Positions 35,461 through 48,435 of a stretch of DNA of 48,435 nucleotides are shown here, in pieces; the first letter of the stretch is position 1, and each line of letters starts with the position of its first letter. The notes beneath the pieces are model-generated. The model was not told the DNA's origin. It did not search any database and worked only from the letters and a program-made list of their open reading frames with translations. The stretch is from Tubiluchus corallicola. Taxonomy: Eukaryota; Animalia; Priapulida. Both the position numbers and the translations under genes were made by a program. Location of the stretch: the NCBI GenBank assembly GCA_030141605.1, contig JAQGDQ010000824.1, forward strand, positions 42,818 to 91,252, in the 5' to 3' direction.

Positions 35461-35776
35461 TTTAAAAATGTTCCTAGCTTAGATTTTAAAAATGCATGAA
35501 CACTCAAGGAAAATTAAAGCAAAGGGTTCTACTACTCGTACTAGTAGTAGTAGTACTATGTGGGATGATAGAGCTAGTTGCAATGCACTGTAATAATAGC
35601 TGTACGAATAAATTATTTTTGCTTAAAAATAATTGGCTCTTTGTGGGTTGAACCCGTAAGTTATAACAATTTAATAAATTTATAAGCTTTTCATAATACA
35701 GTTGTTTGCAAAAATCCGTATAATTTTGGTATTTTACTTTTCTTGACTAGGTTGAAATTTGGTGCTCGAGATAAAT

Positions 35777-37565
35777 ATGGCGACAGCTAAACATTCGTCT
35801 TGTACATCGGAATTACGGCATGAAGAGAATGATAAACCACCAACAGGGATGTCACGGGCAAAAAAGTGGAGTGTACAGGTGGAAGACGCATATCGTTTTC
35901 AGTTAGCAGGATACCGAGATGAACAGGAATACAAAACAGTTAGAGGCGAACAAGTGAGTTAGAATTTTAACATAGTTTTGCAGGAAATTACTAACCTCAT
36001 CACTTGCTGTGTGCCAGGTTGATCTCCTTTAGCTTATACTTGTTATTATTGAAAAACAAATATTACAATACGACTAGAACAGACAGTTTTTATCAGCTGG
36101 TGAATGTTCTTGCCAACGAAACGTAACATTTAGTAGAATTTAGACAATAGACAAACAGTAGAAGCATTACAGTATGACTACTAGCAGTATAGACACTTAC
36201 GTAGCATAATGTTGAGAATGACATTAATATTTCTACGTAATCAGTATAATCTAATGCAATGGTTAGAAGCGCTTAGTTAGAAATATAAATTTCTGTACAA
36301 ACTTAAGTGCAGGAATATTAACAGTTGTATTTAAGTGTTGATTATCACGAAGAAGCAGATAAACGAGTTCATTTGTTGACAGTTTTTGAGTTCCAATATT
36401 ATGAGGAATTAACAAAGTACAGAGTTTGATCTGCTTTACATTCTAATAATGTTTAATAATATTTATCTCTTAAGCTGTGTCTTCACTAATTTGTCTAGCT
36501 TGATAGTATGCAACACTCCTGATTTATGCATTGGAGAATGGCAAAATTGAAATGAATAGCCAAGCGGTCACTTATCAGTTCAAACGCTCAAATTCGATTC
36601 GAACGAGTTTTTTTAGTTTGAACTCGATTCAAATAATTCAGCACTTCAATCACATATGTTCCTGATCACTGAAACGATTGAAACAACATGCAATTAGCAT
36701 AATTTAGCAGTGATTTCTGCACACAATTTTAAAGAAATTACTAGTCGTTTTATTGCAGAACAAAATCTAGTGATACACATGATCTTTGTAAGACTAATTT
36801 TTACTGGTGGTTCGAAAACTTGTTCGAAAATCGTTCAATCTCAATTCGAATTCGGTTCGAATTCGAAACAGTGAAGTTCGGTTCGATTCGAATTCGAAAG
36901 TCACAAATTCGGTTCGATTCGAACTCGCTTTTTGGTAGAGAATGCTCGCTCCTACTTATCAGCTGAATCTAAGCAGTACAAAGAATGCTCAGTGAATGGC
37001 TAGTTATAACCTGGGTTTGATGCCAAGGTGCTCCCTCTGGGAAATTTCATTTCCTGTGCTGATTCTGGATGTTTACCTTGTTGAGGAAGAATGTAATTAT
37101 ATCCGAAAGTAAATAAGACACCTATGTTGGTTCGATGACTCACTGTAGAGGGTTTGTCCGTGTCATTTACAGTGAGTACGGTTCCGGTACAGCCACGAGC
37201 ATTAATATTAAATAGGCTCTGCTGGATTCTGGCCGGCTTTACGCTGAAGTGATAAAAAATGGAAGCTTTCCTTGTAGTTTCAAATTGACAACCGAGTTCT
37301 AGCCAAGATTTTAAAATTAGAACAAAACATTCGTAATGTACCGTTTATGCGACTAGTTTTTAAACTAAAACTGGCAAAGAAAAACTGTCAGTCTCAAAAC
37401 TCACGCGTGGTTTGATGACAAAATTTCTGATAATAACTATTCAGCAAGGGGTGTCAGTCAAATTATGGTGCCAGTGTGCAGACATGCTTTTTGTTGTTGT
37501 CTATATAGCCCTCGCTTCTGTGTCTATATACCCCTAGCTCATTTTGCTCTCGTTTTTGTCTATTC

Positions 37566-37661
<96 letters not shown>

Positions 37662-38343
37662 GTCTCTGCCTTCCTCCCATCCTTCTCTCTCTCTCTCATT
37701 TTCTATTATTTCCCCTCTCTCTTTTTCTCCTGTTTCTCCAGCTGACGTATTGTGTTTGATTATGTACACAATAATAATCGTACACAATTTGAAATTGTTT
37801 TTGCCATAAAAAATCCGTTAATGGCACGATTCTTATTAGTCAATTCTGGACAAAGTATGAAGGAACAAGAAACGATTACAGTAAACATGAAAGTCTGGAA
37901 AACGTTTAAGTATATCTGAAAATGTACGAATACAAGTACATATCCGTGCAAGATCTGCGTGTGTCCTGTGTGCTCCCCTGTTCACCTTATATAGCGCGTT
38001 GAAGAAGGTTCCAGAAGTAATGTTCGAGAACAATCCAGACGGTAAGACTATCATTCCGACGGAACATTCTACGATGTTCTATGTAATTCTAATTTGTGCC
38101 AGCGATCTCCACAAAAGGCGGCCCATAATGTCAATATTTACTAGTAACAACCTGTAATTTCCATAAAATTGCTCGAAAGCTCCTTAAACAATGAAATTTT
38201 TTCATTTTCAGGCCGAGAGGTGGCCGGGCGACGACGGATTTGTCAAAAAATTACAGAGAAAAGATGGGAACTATTACTATTTCGATAAATGCAGAGAATG
38301 TGCGGACAAAGACGTGGGATCGACTAAGCTTTATACTTATTGA
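35777..38343 (+). CDS. MEIG1: Meiosis expressed gene 1 protein homolog, 102 aa
   Basis: Exons 35777-35953 and 38212-38343: [26 protein letters not shown]...[40 protein letters not shown]. Confidence 0.95.
36579..36954 (+). mobile_element. hAT-like MITE (TTCGAA-rich), copy 3
   Basis: Colinear with copy 1; perfect 8-bp flanking repeat CTTATCAG (36571-78 / 36955-62); left TIR missing. Confidence 0.82.
37569..37697. repeat. (CT)n microsatellite
   Basis: Direct reading. Confidence 0.96.
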
Positions 38344-39309
38344 TCAATTATAATGCTAGGTTATTGTAAAATGCATATAATATCTAAGTTACTTACATAT
38401 ATTACTAATTTACTAAGTCATAATTCTGTCGGATGTAAGTTGTATATATATGCATGTAAAAAGAATTTTAATATGAACATTGAAACTGGAGTTGTGATGT
38501 ATGTTTTCTGTTTCGAGTTAGATGACATAATTACTGCTCTCTCCCATTCTCATCTCATCTCTCTACAGCATGACCTATTAAAGAATCATTTGCAATGTGA
38601 GTTGAACTCAGGAAGTGGCAAATTTATTAATGATGCTTATGCTGTAGCGTACGAAACGAGATAAATAAATAAAAATTGAATTTAATAATAATTGGTTCAA
38701 GATATGTGTGTTTGCCACACAAGTGTTTCCCTTTCTATCCCAGAAAGTTAAGAAACTGTCTGCTAACATTTTTTTAATCAGAAACTAGACGTTATCCAGT
38801 GACGGCTCGAGTATAGCTGCCACGGAATTGCAGCACCACCTATTTTCAGTTAATATTATCGGTAATGTTCAATATAATAAGTCTTTTCTTTAGTTCTTTC
38901 TTTATACTTGTATGGTATATGGAACCAGACCACGTAGAGAAAGTACTGTCACTCACACAGTTTGTCAGCTGTTACGTGCTTACCGCGAATGCATCAGGCT
39001 TGACCTGCGACAGTTTGGGCTATTAGTAAGCAAAAGATATATCAAGTTTTATGTGTAAACATTCGTGTGTTGTTTGTTTAAAATTACAATTACAAATGAC
39101 AACATTAACATTTCATAATTAAGTTTGTTTTGGTTTACACAGTATGTCGTGAAGCTCAAGATTCCTTGATTTTATTTAATTGATTATTAGTTTGTAATAA
39201 TTAATCATTATTATTATTATTATTAATAATAACATTTTTGTACATACATACATCCCTGAATGGTCATATTATTACATTCTCTTGCTAAAATATCAAATTA
39301 AAATCTCAT

Positions 39310-39511
39310 ACTAAATTTCAGCTATAAAACTAGTTTATTTCTTTGTTTACAGTCTAAACATTCATCATTGTACAGAACTTTGAACTAGTATGCAATTAGT
39401 ATCATATTAAGATCTCCTACAAGAACTTGCTAAATTTCAGCTATAAAACTGGTTTATTTCTTTGTATACAGTCTAAACTTTCATCATTGTACAGAACCTT
39501 GAACTAGTATG
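39310..39511. repeat. Direct repeat of an ~82-bp block, period ~119 bp
   Basis: ctaaatttcagctataaaact...gaactagtatg occurs twice. Confidence 0.85.
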
Positions 39512-39994
39512 AATAACATTTACCTTTACTGAATTGCTGGCTTCCTTCCACTTCATGTAAAATTTTACCTGGTCAATTAACTTGGCAGAACTTGAGAGAG
39601 AGAGAGAGAGAGAGAGGTCAATGTATTGTATTACTACTGATTTAGAAAATAAAGGGCGTGTGATATAAAAAATTCACCTGCATTCTACTTTGTTGATTCT
39701 TCTAAGGAAGCCAGTCTCTTAACACTTACGTTTAGAGTTTCTTCATACAGTACTAAAACGACGGCTCAACATTTTCTGAAGCAGCAACCCCATTAATTTT
39801 AGCTACTGACGTTATCATGTGAAATTTTTGATTACAAGATCGAAGATTAAATTATCAAGCAAGTGCAAGACAGAAAGACAGCCAAACTGAAAAATGTAAA
39901 TGAATATATCCTTTAAACAAACCAAATGTTTCATTTAATGTCTGTAAATACTACAAAATACAGAATACAAACATCTGAAAAGACCTTATATATC

Positions 39995-40050
39995 CAAAAA
40001 AGTGGAGTGCACAGGTAGAAGATGCATATCGCTTTCATTTAGCAGCATAT
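39995..40050 (+). pseudogene. MEIG1 exon fragment (also ~46879-46935 + and ~47829-47885 -)
   Basis: Encodes [18 protein letters not shown] versus MEIG1 [18 protein letters not shown]. Confidence 0.85.
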
Positions 40051-40440
40051 CTTAGGTGAAAGATTGTCCATAAGCCTGAACACATGCTTAAATTACATAA
40101 ACAAAATGAAAAATGTATTTTAATTATTTTAATTTCCAATCAGCAGATGTCACCAGGTTGTCAGTGAAGCACATAACTAGAAAATCTGATTATTTTTAAT
40201 GCAGATGTTTGATAATTATGTCACAATCGTAAACACCAATTTCATCACAATTCATGCAGAACGTTTCGAAAATTTATCTAAAGAATTTTCCGTAAAATAC
40301 GTTCGCTTTTTGTTTGCATAAATTTAGGTACTTTGTCTACAAACGCATTGTTCGAACAGAATGTGTTCATCATTACTTGCACATCTTTCACCAACGCATC
40401 CTAATCAAAACTAGCTTACACTTCAACAAAGTCCTACAGA

Positions 40441-43859
<3,419 letters not shown>

Positions 43860-45289
43860 AACAAAAGTGGGGGCAAATTCTCATTTGCACTTTGTTTGTA
43901 TTGCATTTTTGAGTCAGAAGGCATAACATTAATCTAGCTAAAATTTAATTAAGTAATAATTTGACAAAATCACCAAAGGTTACATAAGATGTTCAAAAAC
44001 AACAAAACAGTAGAAACGCGACAGAATGAATCTTTACGTCAACATTGTGATATCATAGTGGCATAAAATAATATTGAATTTCAATGTATTAATATCATAA
44101 TAAATTCCTACATCATTACTGTATTGCAATTTTTTTTACTAAATAAATTGATATGACTACACAAGCCAGACTCTGTTTGGTATAATGTTGGTGCTATTGT
44201 AACATTTGCTATTTTTAGAATAATTTTAGTAAATTATAACTATTTGTTGTTGCATGTGGTGGATCGTGAATTTGTATGATACAATGCACGTGAATAGCCA
44301 AGAAGGTACGTGAAACTGCCAAGTCCTGAATTGTAAAAAAACAACAACTTTTGAATGACATAGATCAGAACTACACATATGAGGTACAAGTCATTGCATT
44401 CAGCTATGGAAACACACGCTCTCTGCCTCCAGACCTTGTCCCATCATTTTTCTTTATTCAATCCCCAAAATCTTTTATTGTGAACTGTTTACAAGTTTGC
44501 ATCGCTTGCGAGATTCACCGCCCCCCCCCACAAGATTAGAATTTTAAAACAAACAGAGTTATAAAACCTTTGTCACTCAACACATTGCTACAGATTAGAA
44601 ACTAAAGTAACCTAACCGATAAGTAACTTGACCTTGACCTTTTCAATATACAACTGTTAAAGACAATTCACATCTAGAGAACTCTATAATAATTCACAAC
44701 AGACTGATTGAACAACCCACATTTTATATCAGTACGATTTACTAATGCCAATTGTCAACTGTCTAGGCTGATTAACATATCCTTTAACACATGTATGTCA
44801 TAACTCATGCTTGACAATAAAACAATACTTCATATGGACCTTCAAAGACCAAACATCACTAATACTATTGACTCATATTAGATAGGTATGGTTTACTACA
44901 ATAAAGGAAAATCCTGTTTTAAACAATAAACTGAATAACAGTTGAATAACATTACAATGGCTTGTGAATTTAACACAGAAAATGTGTCAAGAAATATCTG
45001 TGTCCCTTTACCCATTATGACACATAACAGAATCACTCATAAGTCCCTACAGGACTAAGAGTAATACAACTTACCAAAATAATTTGCTTCAATTTGAAGT
45101 TACAATCCTGAAATTTCACTGCTAACGTTACTAAAGCAGAAATAGCATTACAATGAAAACTTGCAAACCTTTTAAAAATCAGTTACTTATCCACACACAG
45201 AAAATCATACATGTAGCATAAGCTTTGAATTAACATTTTATAAACGCTGCCAAACTTAGCACACAATCAATGGAAAACCTTCACATAAT

Positions 45290-45793
45290 AGAAAGGGGGA
45301 GAAGGAAAGAGAGTGAGTGAGAGAAGCCAATAGTAGAGAAACAAAGAGGGTAAGAGTAAGAAGGAAAAAGAGAGACAGTGTGAAATAGAGAGACAGAGAG
45401 AGAAAGGAAAGGGAGTGAGAGAGAGAAAGAGAAAGAGACAGAGAAATAGTGAGAAAGAAAGAGAGCGAGTGAGAGAAGCTGATAGTGGGAGACAAAGAGG
45501 GTAAGAGTAAGAAAGAAAAAGAGAAGTAGAGAGAGACAGAGTGATATAGAAAGACAGAGAGAGAAAAGAGAGAGAGGGTGACAGAGAGAGAAGAGAGAGA
45601 GAGAGAGAAGGGGGAAGAGAGAGGGGGAGGGAGAGAAAGAGTGAGAAAGAAAGAGAGAAAGAGAGAGTGGGAGAGATCTTGACAGGGAGGGAGAATAAGA
45701 GAGAGAGAGATGGGGGCGCAGGAGGGGTTTTGTCAGAAAGAGAGAACGAGAGAGGTAATTATAATAAGAATAAGAGAGACAACGAAAGAACGA

Positions 45794-45826
<33 letters not shown>
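45290..45826. repeat. Degenerate GA-rich low-complexity tract
   Basis: Purine-biased strand with an internal repeat (acaaagagggtaagagtaagaa twice). Confidence 0.9.
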
Positions 45827-45829
<3 letters not shown>

Positions 45830-46101
45830 TTGCAAAAAAGCACTCATTACCTTAAAATATCCATATTTCTGCCACCATTTTGCTGAAACAATACAAGGAT
45901 CACAAAAAAGATTATTACATTGTCTTGTTAAAATATCAAATTAAAATCTCATACCTACTAAATTTCAGCTATAAAACTAGTTTATTTCTCTGCATACAGT
46001 CTAAACTTTCATCCTTGTACAGAACCTTGAACTAGCATGAATAACATTTACCTTTACTGAATTGCTGGCTTCCTTCCACTTCATGTAAAATTTTACCTGG
46101 T

Positions 46102-46491
<390 letters not shown>

Positions 46492-47324
46492 AATGTATTG
46501 TATTACTACTGAATTAGAAAATAAAGTTCATGCGATATAAAAAATTCACCTGCATTCTACTTTGTTGATTCTTCTAAAGAAGCCAGTCTCTTAACACTTA
46601 CGTTTAGAGTTTCTTCATACAGTACTAAAACGACGGCTCAACATTTTCTGAGGCAGTAAACCCTGTTAATTTTAGCTACTGACGTTATCATTTGAACTTT
46701 TTGATTACAAGATCAAAGATTAAATTATCAAGCAAGTGCAAGACAGAAAGACAGCCAAACTGAAAAATGTAAAAGAATATATCCTTTAAATAAAGCAAAT
46801 GTTTCTAATAATGTTTGTAAATACTACAAAATACAGAATGCAAACATCTGAAAAGACCTTATATATACAACATATATTCAAAAAAGTGGAGCGCACAGGT
46901 AGAAGTTACATATCGCTTTCAGTTAGCAGCATATCATAGCTGAAAGATTGTCCATAAGCCTGAAGACATGCTTAAATTACATAAACACAATGAAAAATGT
47001 ATTTTAATTGTTTTAATTTCCAATCAGCAGATGTCACCAGGTTGTCAGTGAAGCACATAACTACAAAATCTGATTATTTTTAATGCAGGTGTTTGGTAAT
47101 TATGTCACAATCGTAAACACCAATTTCATCACAATTCATGCAGAACGTTTCAAAAATTTCTCTAGAGCATTTTCCGTAAAATACGTTTGCTTTTTGTTTG
47201 CATAAATTTGGGTACTTCGTCTACAAATGCATTGTTCGAACAGAATGTATTTATCATTATTTGCACATCTTTCACCAACGCATCCTAATCAAAACTAGCT
47301 TACACTTCAACAAAGGCCTACAGA

Positions 47325-47522
47325 ATGTGTTTTGTTTGGAGGCAGTATTATTTGAAGATTTGGTTCATCTGTATGTTGATTAAAGTTGCACAGGTAACTT
47401 CAGAACCATCTGATACCAATGAAAGATTTTCCAAGGAACCAAAAGATGGTAATTGGACTGAAACTCAAACATTTTCCTTGGATTGTGTTGTGGCAAATCC
47501 GGAAATTTACAGCATGTTTAGG
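47325..47522 (+). pseudogene. Exon 1 of a second Ig-gene copy; downstream exons absent from the window
   Basis: MCFVWRQYYLKIWFICMLIKVAQ...LDCVVANPEIYSMFR|GTAAGT; the intron is broken by an inversion at ~47563. It could still splice to exons beyond the window. Confidence 0.6.
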
Positions 47523-47562
47523 GTAAGTTTGTCAGTCTTTAGCTTTGTTACTTAGTATTTTG

Positions 47563-48273
47563 GCAAACAAAAAGCAAACGTATTTTACGGAAAATGCTCT
47601 AGAGAAATTTTTGAAACGTTCTGCGTGAATTGTGATGAAATTGGTGTTTACGATTGTGACATAATTACCAAACACCTGCATTAAAAATAATCAGATTTTG
47701 TAGTTATGTGCTTCACTGACAACCTGGTGACATCTGCTGATTGGAAATTAAAACAATTAAAATACATTTTTCATTGTGTTTATGTAACTTAAGCATGTCT
47801 TCAGGCTTATGGACAATCTTTCACCTATGATATGCTGCTAACTGAAAGCGATATGTAACTTCTACCTGTGCGCTCCACTTTTTTGAATATATGTTGGATA
47901 TATAAGGTCTTTTCAGATGTTTGCATTCTGTATTTTGTAGTATTTACAAACATTATTAGAAACATTTGCTTTATTTAAAGGATATATTCTTTTACATTTT
48001 TCAGTTTGGCTGTCTTTCTGTCTTGCACTTGCTTGATAATTTAATCTATGATCTTGTAATCAAAAAGTTCAAATGATAACGTCAGTAGCTAAAATTAACA
48101 GGGTTTACTGCCTCAGAAAATGTTGAGCCGTCGTTTTAGTACTGTATGAAGAAACTCTAAACGTAAGTGTTAAGAGACTGGCTTCTTTAGAAGAATCAAC
48201 AAAGTAGAATGCAGGTGAATTTTTTTATATCGCATGCACTTTATTTTCTAAATCAGTAGTAATACAATACATT

Positions 48274-48328
<55 letters not shown>

Positions 48329-48377
48329 CTCTCTCTCTCTTTCTCTCTGTCTCTGTGTTCTCTCTCTGCTTCTGTTC

Positions 48378-48420
<43 letters not shown>

Positions 48421-48435
48421 TTCTCTCTCTCTCAG
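47563..48435 (-). repeat. Inverted duplication of 46490-47201 plus (CT)n tract
   Basis: Reverse complement nearly identical over ~710 bp (about 7 substitutions counted by eye). Confidence 0.95.

Noticed and set aside
37790-38150. Possible solo LTR in the MEIG1 intron
   Set aside because: TATA-like and TTC/GAA motifs are present but TG...CA ends with a TSD could not be defined.
38353-38664. 103-aa ORF after MEIG1
   Set aside because: AT-rich probable 3' UTR ending at AATAAA (~38664); no coding features.

Overview
AT-rich, intron-containing animal (probably invertebrate) genomic DNA; the organism cannot be identified from the sequence alone. Recognisable genes, in order: a C2H2 zinc-finger gene (6780-7664,+); an intronless POP4/RPP29 RNase P/MRP subunit (11434-12150,+) followed 276 nt later by a paralogous C2H2 gene (12427-13215,+); a BCAP31/29-type ER protein with six coding exons (18759-26225,+); a LENG9-like RWD + MJ1316 + 2H-phosphoesterase gene (30656-34888,-) head-to-head with MEIG1 (35777-38343,+); and an apparently secreted Ig-Ig-EGF-Ig-like gene (40441-43859,+). 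The upstream region of the Ig gene is present three times: once with the gene, once as a direct copy carrying exon 1, and once inverted. Each copy contains a fragment of the MEIG1 coding exon. Introns and intergenic DNA hold many MITEs (Merlin-, hAT-, piggyBac- and pogo-like), LINE remnants, and micro- and minisatellites. The best leads are a possible POP4-ZNF dicistron, an unnamed N-terminal motif shared by the two ZNF proteins, the RNA-repair-like domain fusion, and the duplicating Ig/EGF locus. Exon structures were inferred by eye from GT-AG sites, reading phase and recalled homology; no searches were run.
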